This document shows positions 51,386-64,000 of a stretch of 64,000 nucleotides of DNA, in pieces. The translations under genes were made by a program, and so were the position numbers. Below the pieces are notes generated by a model. That model was not told where the DNA came from, ran no database searches, and saw only the letters and a list, made by a program, of their open reading frames with translations. Positions within the stretch are counted from its first letter, which is position 1. Each line of letters begins with the position of its first letter. The stretch is from Leucoraja ocellata (taxonomy: Eukaryota). The stretch lies in the NCBI GenBank assembly GCA_036785375.1, contig JAWMAR010000074.1, positions 7,502,001 to 7,566,000 of the forward strand. The letters are read 5' to 3'.

Positions 51386-51842
51386 CTAAGAATAATATTT
51401 CTGCATTAGTGATCAGTTACATAGGGCACACACAATCTCTGTACTAACATTAGAATCACAGGATATCCAGTCTTGGTTCCCCTTTTGCCCCTGTATCCAT
51501 CCATACCTTAAATAGTGAGAAGGGCTTTTTTTAAGTAAAAGTATGGAAATTTAGATTAAAAAAAAAAAATTCCAATGGAATTAATAAACCCATGGAGGCA
51601 TTCTTGACTCTCAGAAGGAAGTTTGTGGATTAAAATCTCACTGCTGAGATGTGAGTGCAGAAACTGGGCTGGTATCCCAGTACAACAATAAGAGTGGGTT
51701 TATTATTGTCACGGGTACCAAGTTACAATGAAAAGCTTTGTTCTGCATGCTATCCAAACAGATCAGGTAATACTATACATAAATACAATCAAGTTAAACT
51801 GGAGTACAATAAATTGAGCATAGGAGAAGATACAAAGTGCAG

Positions 51843-52568
51843 AGAGAGAGGGTGGCGGATTTCCGCTTCCTGGGAATCCACATTGAGGAGGACCTGACGT
51901 GGAGCGTGAACACCACTGCGCTGCTGAAAAAGGTCCAGCAGAGACTGCACTTCCTGAGGGTGCTCAGGAAGAACAACATCACTCAGAGACTGCTGCTGTC
52001 CTTTTATCGGTGCTCCATTGAGAGCATACTAACATACTGTGTATGCGTGTGGTACACCAGCTGCACAGCGGCTCAGAGGAAAGCGCTCCAGAGGGCCATT
52101 GACAACGCCCAGAGGATTGTCGGCTGCCCTCTCCTTACCTTGGAGGACTTACACAGTTCCCGCTGCACCAAAAAAACCCAGAATATCATAAAGGACATTT
52201 CCCACCCCGGACACTCCCTGTTTGAACTGTTGCCGTCAGGCAGACGGTACAGATCTACAAGGACAAGGACAAACAGACTCAAAAACAGTTTTTACCCCAC
52301 TGCTATAAAGGCACTAAATGTAGCCGCCAAGGAACGCAGGGGCGATACAGACTAAGGGACTGTGGTAACTGTGAAATCGACAGAAGGATGGAGGGTTGGG
52401 TGTGCATGCGTGCTGTGTTCGTGATATTTATTTAGTTGTTTATCTTTATTATTTTACCGTGCATGTATCGTTAGCTTTTAGAAATGTTTGAATGCTGCAC
52501 TGACTGGCTGACATTTTAAATTTCGTTGTACATGGTCCATGTTACAATGACAATAAAGAAACTATTCT
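51843..52568 (+). mobile_element. Young 5'-truncated Rex1/Babar-type LINE
   Basis: Uninterrupted frame FRFLGIHI..LTWS..QQRLHFLRVLRK..FYRCSIESILT..LLPSGRRYRS..RLKNSFYP, then 3' UTR ending caatgacaataaagaaactattct. Confidence 0.93.
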
Positions 52569-53064
52569 AATATAGTTATCAACATTGTGACGCACCAGTT
52601 GCATAGACTGCTATACTGTCCACAGTGCCATCCTTCAGGGAAGAAGTTCCAATGAAGGGTCTTTGACTTGAATCATTAACTCTGATTCATTTTTCAAAGT
52701 TGCTGCATAACTGCTGATTTGTTTTTTGAATTCAGACATCCAGCATCTGCAGTGTTTTTCTTCTGATCCCTTTTATCTTCTAGCTGGTGACAATAAAAGG
52801 TTTCTACACCTGAGCAGCAGAGGAATCATCCTCTATGGTCTGGTGAATTTCATTCCTTTCAATAATATGGCTGGAAGTGATTATCTGACCATTGGTATGT
52901 GTTGCAGCCAATTTGCCAAAATAAGCACGATTGTCATCCACAACACTGGCCACATTGTACATCTACTTGAGGGGTTTTCAAGTGCTTCAGAATACATTAA
53001 GATTGTGAAATTAACTTTGCTAATGATAGACTGAGAGATATTCCATGGAGAGCATAGTTCATTA

Positions 53065-53213
53065 ATTGAAGATAGACACAAATGCTGGAGTAACTCAGCG
53101 GGACAGGCATCATCTCTGGAGAGAAGGAAGCTAGAGATGCCTGTCCTGCTGAGTTACTCCAGCATTTTGTGTCTATCTTCAATTTAAACCAGCATCTGCA
53201 GTTCCTTCATATA
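53065..53213. mobile_element. Palindromic Penelope-derived mini-element with 12-bp TSD (11/12 match)
   Basis: Inverted arms ~53065-53117 and ~53133-53183; CATAGTTCATTA (53053-53064) and CATGGTTCATTA (53214-53225). Confidence 0.82.
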
Positions 53214-53225
53214 CATGGTTCATTA

Positions 53226-53765
53226 GTACAAGACTAGGCCATTGCATGCATCAAGTCTACTCTGCCATTCAAACGTGGCTGATCTATCTTTCCTTCTGAA
53301 CTCCATTCTCCTGCCTTCTCCCCATAACCCCTCAGGCCGTAATTAATCAAGAATCAGTCAATCTGCGCATTAAAAAAATACCCAATGACTTGGCCTCCAC
53401 AGCCATCTGTGGCAATGAATCCCACAGATTCACCACCCTCTGACTAAAGAAATTCCTCTTCAGCTCCATTCTAAAAGTATGTCCTTTTATTCTGAGGCTA
53501 TGGCCTCTGGTCTAAGACTCTCCCACTAGTCTAGGACATCCTCTCCACATCTACTCTATCCAGGCCTTTCAATATTCAGTAAGTTTCAATAGGTCCCCCC
53601 TCCCCCCGGCCCCCACCCCCACCCCCCTCATCATTCGAGTACTATCCTCATTCCTCCAGTGAGTATAGGCCCAGTGCCATCGAACACTCATCATCTGTTA
53701 ACCCAATCAATCCTGGGATCATTCTCGTAAACCTCATCTGGACCCTCTCCAATGCCAGTACATCT
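53226..53765 (-). mobile_element. CR1 3' fragment
   Basis: ALERVQMRFTRMIPG, ALGLYSLE; 3' UTR ctgccttctccccataac. Confidence 0.85.
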
Positions 53766-55873
53766 GTCATGCAGTCATACTGAAGATGAGTTATTCTAGC
53801 GCAGTGGAGAGAAAAACTGCAGCTGATATATCCCCCCTTTTTGTTCAACATTGGTGAATAACTCAATTAACAGAAATGGTCTTAAGTAATAATGCGTTTC
53901 CTTTGCTGTTACAGGAAATGGAAATCTGGGCATTTCTAAGGGCAGCATTTTGATGTACTCTGGTATTGGTTATATATTTAAAAAAATCAAAATGAGTTCC
54001 TTTAACAAAGTCAGAAATCCCAGAGCCCTCAGTCTTTTGAATTTAGCAATGGATGATTTGTTGCCATTTGCGGTGATCTAATTCTACCCCCTTCTCTCAC
54101 TCCACCAATGACATTTAATACACAAACTGCTTTTTCTTCAAAGTGTGTCCATAATTGCATATAGACTTTGAGTGAAACTAAATCCCTAAATTGGTAAGGA
54201 TTGTATAACTAGTTTTTCCAATATTCCTGGAAAACCTCAAAATCAATCTACTTGAACAGTGTGAAAACATTGTACTCTACATCAGGGTGCACATTTTCTG
54301 CTTGGATTATTGATCATAGGGTATAGTTTTGTAAGTAACTGTGAATTCCTGAAGGAGGAGCTGTTGGAGAATGTAAATGGCCCTCTCTCTGCTGAGCTAC
54401 ATAAATGAAGTTATTACATTGTATACTTTTAACATAACTTTGTGTCTGGATTTATTTTATTTTAAACAAAATTGCATAAGTAAACCATTGTTTTACACAT
54501 AAATGAATTTGAAGTATGCCCAGTGATTGAGTTTTAAACAATGTATGTGACAGGTCTGTGGGCGCTTTAAGAAATAAAACATCTAAGTTTCTACATATAT
54601 AAAAATATAATGGCAATTGTTGAAAGAATGTGTCATTGCATAACGACAGCTGCTGAAGGGTTTGGATGTAATTGAACAATCTGAACTGTGAAATAGACAC
54701 ATTTCTGGTAAAAATAAAAAGTGAAAATGACTTGTCCTGATTCTGACAGGGAAATATTCTCATTTTGCTTAATTTAAAAAAAAACCTTCTGCATTATTTT
54801 TGTAATTAAATGGATATCATTCTGAATGTATTTAACTGAAATTCATACTAAAAGCAGCATATAATATTTGCAGTTTTTCAGTCCTCTGGTACCAGCCCTC
54901 ATTTTATGATTGCCTGGAAGATTATGGAGACATTGTGATCTTCTAACATATTTTCCTCTTTGATAGAAATTCCATGTTCGACGATGAACCCTAATGCAGA
55001 TTTGGTTGCCCTTAATTTAACAGGTCCAGGGCAACTTAATCTCTTGGGTCTGCTGAAAGAATAGACTTCAAAATTTGCTTTTTGACCTCGGCCTAGGTAG
55101 ATGTTATTCTGCTGTCATAAGGCTATGCTGCAGTATGTGTGTGAAAATAGTCACAAACAATAGCTAAAAGGTGTTATAAATATGCTTGAAAGGGTGGGGA
55201 GCCAGTCATTTTAGCTCCTCTGCTAGCAAGTTATTGTTGTCATGTAATACTAAAATGATAACCACAATAATCTTCAGCAAGTATGGAAATTGTATTTAAA
55301 TGTTTATGTATTACCTTCTGGATAAACATAACATGGACAGTGGCTTGATGGTTGTATTCTCTAAGGAGGCTTGGTTGCTTCTTTCTAAAGCTTGTACTAT
55401 TTACCTTGGTCTTTCCTCACAATGTTTGCAGTTGTTACAAATGTATTGCATGCAGTCCCAGTTTAATCTCAAACTTTCAATCCCATTCCTAAATGTCAGA
55501 TGTCTCATCCTTTTTCTAGAGCTTCAGTTCCCATGTTTCCTTTAGCCTGAAACCATGCAGCCAAATACAAGATTCTGCATGTAGATCCTAGACCCCAGAG
55601 ATACTGCGATAAATCAAAATACATTGATTCTTATCGGCGTTTCCAATCACTGGGAGCTGCAAGTGATAATTCTCTATGATTGCTCTCCACCCTACTGCAC
55701 ATAGGGTGGGGTACGATTATAGATATGATTATTGATGTGTAGTTAGGATTATGGCATGCAGATATGATAGTGGCATTTAAGAAACTTTCAGATAGGCACA
55801 TGGATATGGAGGGATATGGATTATGTACAGTTCGGAGGTTAGTTTAATTTGGCATCTTGTTGAACATGGACAT

Positions 55874-57870
55874 TGTTTTGATATATGTCTGCTTACAAAA
55901 TAAGTAAACTAGCACATAATATACAGAGAAAGATGGCTGCACACACACTCGTGTTGGAATCAAAAACAGGAATGCTTTATTTCCAAGTCAAAGGTCACTG
56001 ACTGATTTACTGAGCATGTGCGAGAATGAGTACAGCTCATACGCATAAATTACCTGGATATTGTCACATCCTTTCCTTTTTGACATTTTGGGATTACATT
56101 TCCAACGATCCCAAAACAAAGTGAACTTAAACACTTTTAATAATATTACACCATATTGATTTGGTTTAACTTAACAGAATAAAACAACTGTTCTGTCTTA
56201 TTTCACAATTTCCATCATAGTCACACTTGTGACATTTCAATAACATAAACTAATGCTCACATGCTTTCTTCTCATAAGAATGTAGGTACATCACAATGAA
56301 ACACATTACTTTGTGACATACTCGGCGTACCTTTCCGGCGGTCTGACAGCTCTTCCTGCCTTAGTCTTTGTGGTGGTGTTTCTTTCAGAAATCTCTTTCC
56401 TTTCAGTATGTACATTCGGTGCATCACTTCTAGTTTCTTCTGTTGTGTCACTTTGTTTTTGTTTAGTTTTCTCTGTGTTCTGAGTTTTACGAGTTACATC
56501 TTTTTCTGGTGATGCATGTTTGTTTTTTTCCGTGTCAGCTGAGGTTGCAAATGTGTCCCAGTCTTCTCCATGTCTGGTGGTTTCTGTGGAGTTATGTGTG
56601 GGGGTAGTTCTCCGGTCTTCTTCAGATCCACTCGATTACGTCGGATTAGAAGTCCTGACTCTGTCTCATCTTCGTATGATCTCTCACCCAATCGTTTCTG
56701 AACTGTTGCTCTCTGCTTTCTGGTATCTCCTAGTTTATAGGGTTTGAGAATTATGACATCACCTTCCAGGATTAGCAGATCCTTGGCATGTCGGTTGTAG
56801 ATTTTTGACTGTTTTCCTTGCAAATCCTTCATCTTTTTCCTCTCCTCTGTGAGTATCTCAGCACCACGTGGTTTAAGGAGGTTAGATGTAGTTGGAAGTG
56901 TCATCAATGTTCTCCTTCCATGTAGTCTTTGTGCAGGACTACTGTTCACTCCTTATGCAGGGGTTGCGCAATTCCAGTATTGCCAAATAAACATCTGTCT
57001 TGGATTGACTGGTTTTCTTCAGCACTCGCTTAGCTGCCTTGACTGCCGATTCCGCCTTTCCGTTAGCTTGGCTATGTCTTGGAGAAATTGTGTAGTGGTC
57101 AAGTTCCCATTTCCTGGCCAATTTGGAAAACTCCTCTGATGAGAATTGTGTCCCGTTATCTCTTACCACGGTGCTGGGAATTCCGTATCTTGCGAATGGC
57201 TCTTGAGTTTCACAATGATTGTCCTGCTGCTCAGGTCGTATAGTCTGTCTCCTTCCCAGAAATTAGATAGATAGTCAACTGTGATTAAATATTGCTTTCC
57301 CTCAAGTTCAAACATATTGGTTCCCACTTTCTCCCATGGGCGATCTGGGAGGTCATGGGGCATCAGAGTTTCTTTCTGATTCTGTTGTTCGTACGTCCTG
57401 CAGGCTTCACAGTTTGAAATGAACTGCTTCACATCAAAGTTCATTCCGGGCCAGAAAATGCATTCTCTAGCGTGTCTGAGGGTTCCTTCCACTCCTAGGT
57501 GAGAGGTGTGGAGTGTCTCCTTCATATCTTTGCGTAGAGTGACAGGGATTACCGCTCTCTCTCCTCTGAATACTAAGCCGTCTTGCACACTCAACTCGTC
57601 TCTGACGTTGAAGTATGGTTGTGCTCCCTTGGGACTTCTGCCTTGTGATCTGGCCATCCATTTTGGATTACTCTCAGTAAGTCAGTCAGTGACTGTTTGT
57701 AGCATTTCATCTTGCTTGGTGTGGGCTGGATGCGTTTGACCTTGTCCTCACCTATGCTCAAGGACTCAACTACGTTGACATCAGTGAATCTGGTTGATCC
57801 TGTGGTGTCCGGGAGGTATGCTCGGAAGAGCATATCTGCTAGATTTACTGAGCATGTGCATATTGTCACA
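55874..57870 (-). mobile_element. Internally deleted Ty3/Gypsy element (Mag-like) with 5-bp TSD
   Basis: GACAT at 55869-55873 and 57871-57875; 3' LTR 55874-56068 (TG..CA); PPT AAAAAGGAAAGGA at 56069-56081; integrase HTSHLG..CEAC, RPWEKVG, VDYLS, DNGTQFSS, QANGKAE. Confidence 0.93.
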
Positions 57871-57929
57871 GACATTGTGGGCCAAAGGGCCTGTTACTCA
57901 ATAACATTCAGTGAATACCAATGAGTGAG

Positions 57930-57995
<66 letters not shown>
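57930..57995. repeat. (CTAT)n microsatellite, about 16 units
   Basis: Perfect tetranucleotide array. Confidence 0.98.
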
Positions 57996-58239
57996 CTTCG
58001 CTTTCCCCTCAAATCCCCATTTTGTGTATTAGCAATATTCAGAAGTATACGGTAGGAAATAATTGTTGACTGAATGCAAGATATAATATTATGAACTTCA
58101 GTTCTGAAATTCAGTACCATAGTCATACAGTTATTTGGCATGGAAACAGGCCCTTCGGCCTATCTTGCCCATGCTGACAAAGATGCTCTATCTGCACTAG
58201 TCCCACCTGCCTGTGTTTGGCCCATACCCCTCCAAACTC

Positions 58240-60898
58240 CTGACAAAGTGAACTGTGCCATCCAGCCCAAGGGCTTCTCCCTCCTCATGATGGACTGCAC
58301 TGTGTCACGGGGCAAGATTAGAAGCAGAGGAGTCTACTTTCTAATCAATACCCTCATGATGCTCAGACTTGGCGGTTCGAGTGACCTGGCATATTTAACT
58401 GAGACGTGTCATCCTAACTACCTGATGAGGGAATTCATCTCTGCTATCCTGACAGTAGTCGACATTCGTCCCCATGTTGATGTCAAGCTTACACTGAATG
58501 AATTGTACTCCGCTAACAATAGCCTTGAGACAAAACTCGCTGCTGGTTATTTAGCTATGGACTTCAATCAAGCCAACCTTAAGGGTGTGCTACCAAATTA
58601 CTAGCAGTATGTCTCTTGGCCCACCAGGGGCCATCACACCCCAGACCACTGTTACACATCAATAAAAACTGCCTACTGCTCCATTCCCTGGCCACATATC
58701 AGGAAACATGATCACCCGGCTGTGCTTCTACCCCTGGCCTACAAACAAAAACTGAAAGGGGAAAATCCGGTGCAGATAGCTGTCTGTGCTGGTCTGTAGA
58801 CACAAACGACATCTGACGTGACTGCTTTGTGTTAGTGGATGGGTCCATATTCAGGGAATCTGCAGCCAACCTGAATGAGTGCGCCACTGCTGTGACTGAC
58901 TTCATCAGCAAGTGTGTAGAGGAGTGCGTATCGACGAAGACAATCAGAGTGTTCCCCAACCGGAAACCATGGATGGGTACCTTTCCAGGTGAAGTCAAGA
59001 CCGCTGCATACAAGTCAAACAATCCCACACAAGCTTTCTTGTACCACTATAAATTTTGCGAAGCCTCCAGGAATGCCAAGGGACAATATGGGTGCAAACT
59101 TGAGTCCCAGTATAATAATTCAGATGCTGGTAGACTTAACAATGGCAGAATACTCTAACTGGCTGCAAAGCGAAATCAGCCACCATTGCTGGTGATAGTT
59201 CAGCCCTTCCAGAATGCTAATGGGGTGTTGACACCCATCCCATCAGACTCGTGTGCCTCTTCCCAGGGTCACTGGTGCAGGATAGATCAGCCTTCCTGAG
59301 GGTGAATCCATGGAAAGCCATTGGCCCAGATGGAGTCCCTGGTCGCGTTTCTAGGAACTGCACGGACCAACTAGCAGGAGTATTCATTAACATCCTTAAT
59401 CTCTCCCTACTGCATGCTGAGGTGCCCATCTGCTTAAGGAAGACCACTATCATCCCAGTGCCAATGAAAATCAAGATCTCATTTCTTAATGATTTCCATC
59501 CAGTGGCCTTGACATCCACCATCATGTGTACTTTGAGGGGCTAGTTATGGAACACATTAATTCCAGACCACCAAGCAAACTTGATCCACTGCAGTTTGTC
59601 TACTGCTACACAGGTCCATGGCTGATACCATCACCCTGGCCCTGCACTCCTCTCAGGAACACCTGGATAACAAAGATACCTATATCATACTCCAATACAT
59701 AGACTACAGTTCTGCTTTCAATACCATCATCCCAATCCAAGCTCATTATCAAACTCGCAGAACTTGGAGTCAGCACTTCCCTCTGCAACTCTGACTTCCC
59801 TCTGACTTCCTGACCAACAGACCACAATCAGTGAGGTTAGAAGACAAATCATTCTCTACGATAATCCTCAACATTAGTGCTCTGCAAGGATGCGTTCTCA
59901 GCTCCCTCTTTACTCCTTTATATACCCACGACTGTGCAGCCAAGTACAAATCCAACTAAATTTACAAATTTGCAGATGATACCACCCTAGTGGTCCGGAT
60001 AACAAATAATAATGAGACGGAATACAGAAAGGAGAATGAGAACCTTGTATCCTGGTGCCAAGACAACAACCTCTCCCTCCATGTCAATAAGACAAAGGAG
60101 ATTGGGATTGACTGGGAAGCGAAGGGTAGCACACGCACACCATGGTATTCATTGATGATGCCAAAATAGATTAAGTTGAAAGCTTCAAATTCGTTGGAAT
60201 AAAAATCATCATCAGTTTGTGCTGGACCAGCCACATTGAAGGAATAGCTACATTGAAGGAATGCCCAAAAAAGCGCACCAAAGCCTACTTCCTTCGAAGG
60301 CATAGGAAGTTCAGCTTGTCCCCAGCAACTTCACCAACTTTTGCAGGCGCACTATATAAAGCATTTTATCAGGATGCATCACAGCATTGTTTGCAAACAT
60401 CTCTAGCCAAGACCGCAAGAAATTGAAGAGAGTTGTGAACATAGCCCAGACCATCACACAAACCAACCTCCCTCCCATTGACTCCATCTACACTTCACTC
60501 AGCTTTTGCAAGTCCATCAGCATAATCGAGGACCAGCCTCACCTTGGTCACTCCCTCTTCTTCCCTCTCCCATTGGACAAGGGGTACAGAAGTGTGAAAC
60601 GCATAACTTCAGGTTGAGGGACAAGTTCTTCCCAGCTGTTATCAGGCGACTGAACCATCCTCTCACCAGCTAAAGAATGGTCCTGCCATCTCATCTATTT
60701 CACTGGAGACCTTCAAACTATCTTTAATTGGATTTTCTTGGACTTTACCTTGCACTAAATGTTATACTCTTTATGCTACATCTGTACGCTGGAGGGCTTG
60801 ATTGCAACCATGTATTGTCTTTACACTGACTGGATGGCACACAACAACAAGCTTTTCACTCTATTTCAGTACACGTGACGATAATAAATTAAACTAAA
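58240..60898 (+). mobile_element. Degraded Rex1/Babar-type LINE spanning endonuclease to 3' tail, inserted in a CR1 3' end
   Basis: DFNQANL, FPNRKPW, KAIGPDGVPGRV, LNDFHPVALTS, aaatttgcagatgatacc (KFADDT), tail aataaattaaactaaac. Confidence 0.88.
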
Positions 60899-61999
60899 CC
60901 TTTCCTATCCATGCACCTGCAAAGTTATTGTAATGGCATTTCAGAAGTGGAGTTCATTCGGTGTATGTTATTAAAAATTATTGTGTGAGACGATGAATTT
61001 CTCACTGTTTCTCAAATATCAACAGAAAACAAGAAAAGAGAACCTAACATTAACAAAAGATCTTGACTAATTAAAGTCTAAAATGCAGAAACAGTTGGAG
61101 ATGCAATGTTCTTATGTTTTATTGGCACAGTGGCACCTTTGCCAAATTGTGCCATGTGTTTGAGAATTACATGGCTTTAACACCCATGTTTAATTAAGCT
61201 GCCTATCTTTCGACTCATTATTATCAATGTCGTAGAATTTATATTAATTTTGCTTAATTATTTCCACGAGGAATGACTACGTAAAAACAAATATTAATGT
61301 CTCAATCAGTTCAAATTTCTTTTGAATTAAATGTATTTGTAGCTTGCTGTTCACACCAGTTTCACTTTGAGGTAACCTTGTGACATCATAGGAGTCAAGC
61401 CTTCAGCACCTTGGAACTTCCCATCACAACCAGCTGCAGAGCTTTGGACACAGGCTGCTGGGGATGTGGTTACATAATGGTAATCCTGAACCACTCACCA
61501 CCACCCCCCCTCCCCACCGTCAATGCAGATAGAAGGGTGGACAGCACCTGCTTTATAAGCACGGAACAGGATCTGACTGTACACTTGCCTATTATCCCAT
61601 GTTAACACACAAATAGCAGGCTGAGCTTCGAACAATCTATCACATGCCACCTGTTGTGGTGTCTGCACCAGCACAATGGCCACTTGCATTCTCAGGATGT
61701 GATCACACTCTGCCTAAGGCAGCTGTGCCGTGCTCTGCCTTGGCCATCTGAGTGTCTGTGGATCCTATCACTGATCCACTACCAACTCTTTCAATGTAGG
61801 CTGTCACGGATGGGGTGGCATGTTTCAAACAGCTGTTCCCATTTCAACCTAATTTCATAAAATTGTTATGCCTAATCTCTTGAACAAATTTGTACCTTTC
61901 CCTTCAAAGAAGTATGAATTGTGAAAATGGAGCAAATTTCACTCCCAGAGCATAAATGGCACATCATGCTGATCAGGTAAGTAAATTCATGGTCCAATT

Positions 62000-64000
62000 T
62001 TAAATAAAGATTTAGAAGATCCGGGCTCGTACAAAGCTATATCACTTTTAAATACAGATCAGAAAATTTTAGCAAAGATTTTAGCAAGAAGATTAAGCAA
62101 ATATATTAGTAAATTGTTAAACCCTGATCAAATGGGGTTTATACCTAAAAGATACTCATTTAATAATCTGAGACGCCTGTTTAATATAATGTACTCGCAT
62201 AAAGTAGAGGAAGAATATATATCAATTATTTCTTTGGATGCAGAGAAAGCATTTGATCAGGTAGAGTGGCAATACTTATATAAAGTACTACAAAAATTTA
62301 ATATGGGAGAGAATTTTATAAAATGGGTAAAATTATTATATGATAAACCGATGGCAAGAATTTTAACTAATAACATGTTATCTCAAAAATTTCAACTATC
62401 AAGGGGTAATAGGCAGGGATGTGCACTATCACCCCTGCATTTTGCCCTTATGATAGAACCCCTGGCTGAAAGTATAAGAATTCATCCGAATATTCAGGGC
62501 TATAATACCAGGGACTCAAAGAATAAAATCTCATTATATGCAGATGATATACTTTTATATATTACAAAGTCACAAACGAGCATACCAAATTTATTAAACT
62601 TAATAGAGGAATTTGGGTATTTTTCTGGATATAGAATAAACTGGAATAAAAGTGAAATCATGACATTAAAACCTCAAGAACCTACATGCTAATTTCATAC
62701 CTTTATTAAATAAACTTAATACGCTGATTAAATTTTGGAAAACACTTCCCTTATCATTAGTAGGTAGAATAAATGCAATAAAAATGATCTTCCTACCACA
62801 ATTACTATACCTATTTCAGTCTATACCGGTATATATACCAAAATATATATTTTTTAAATTAGACTCTAATATTACTAATTATATTTGGGACTATAGATCA
62901 CATAGAATCACAAAAAAACACTTATGTAAACCAAAAGAGGTCGGGGGACTTTCAATTCTGAATTTTATGTATTATTACTGGGCAGTGCATATTAAGAATA
63001 TGATTTATTGGTGGATAGTTCTATCCAACAGACAGAATGGATAAAAATGGAGAAGGAGGATTGCCCTCCTTGTAATATAGGAACGATCCTCTTCTCCCCA
63101 AAAAAACTGAATAACACAATATATAAGAAGAACCCAATTATATATGGTACAATAAGAATTTGGAAACAATAAAATTATCTTTAAAATTAAGAAATCTATC
63201 ACTGTTAATGCCAATAGCGAATAACCCTTTATTTAAACCATCTCTTATTGATAAGACATATAACCAATGGGAAAGTCTCGGAATTAGAAGGATCGGGGAT
63301 ATGTATGAAATGGGAAACCTACTATCATTCCAACAACTACAATTAAAATTTAAATTGAAAAACAACCAATATTTTAAATATCTTCAGATTTGCGATTTCG
63401 TGAAAAAATATATACAAGGATATCAAAAAGTAACTCCTGACTTATTGGAAGAAGCAATGAATATTGAAGCTGACTCACAAAAATTAATATCATATTTATA
63501 TAATAGTATTCTAAATATAGACCTACCATCGACAGAGGTACTTAGAGAAGAGTGGAAACGGGAACTAATTATAAAAATTACGAAGCTTAAATGGGAAAAA
63601 TACCTGATATATATTCACAAGTGTTCAATTAATGTAAGACATAATCTAATTCAATTTAAAATTGTACATAGATTATATTATTCAAAAACAAGATTGAACA
63701 AATTTTATCCAAATATATCCGACACTTGTGATAAATGTCTAGCCCAAAAGGCAACTATAACACACTCCTTAGTTTCCTGCATAAAACTTTATAGATTTTG
63801 GAATTATATTTTTGAAATATTTACAAAATTATTCAAGACAAGAATGGAACCTAATACTGAAATGATTATATTTGGTGTAATGGAAGATGGGAATACATTG
63901 AACACATCTCAAAATCTATTCCTTAACTATGGTTTAATAATAGCAGAAAAATTAATACTCAAATTTTGGAAGGGTACATCAATACCAACGCTTAAAATGT
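62000..64000 (+). mobile_element. L1-clade LINE ORF2 (RT and C-terminus), 5'-truncated, runs off the window
   Basis: ISLLNTDQKILAKIL, PDQMGFIP, SLDAEKAFDQVEW, RQGCALSP, IEPLA, SLYADDIL, SGYRINWNKS, EVGGL; frameshifts after 62690. Confidence 0.93.

Noticed and set aside
53895-53990. Splice-acceptor-like ttcctttgctgttacag
   Set aside because: No convincing coding exon or donor site follows.

Overview
Eukaryotic, AT-rich, transposon-dense DNA with no recognisable host protein-coding exon, so probably intergenic or a large intron. The repeat complement (HE1/V-SINE-type tRNA SINEs, CR1/HER1-type LINEs, Deu-domain SINEs, Penelope remnants) points to a cartilaginous fish, probably a skate or ray (inference). 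Every ORF I can assign is transposon-derived. Main contents: a near full-length CR1 LINE (33563-37930); many CR1 and Rex1/Babar fragments; an L1-clade RT fragment; two Penelope-like GIY-YIG elements; two Ty3/Gypsy remnants; a Buster/Charlie-type hAT transposon with two nested insertions; and an internally deleted DIRS1-type element that keeps its ITR/ICR ends and tyrosine-recombinase and methyltransferase-like remnants. The most notable signals are minimal hammerhead-ribozyme motifs in the Penelope terminal repeats, tiny non-coding Penelope-derived insertions with their own 12-18 bp target-site duplications, a protein-less bipartite LINE derivative, and two SINEs sharing a core but carrying different LINE tails. 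Family names come from motif recognition, not database searches; boundaries of old degraded repeats are approximate.
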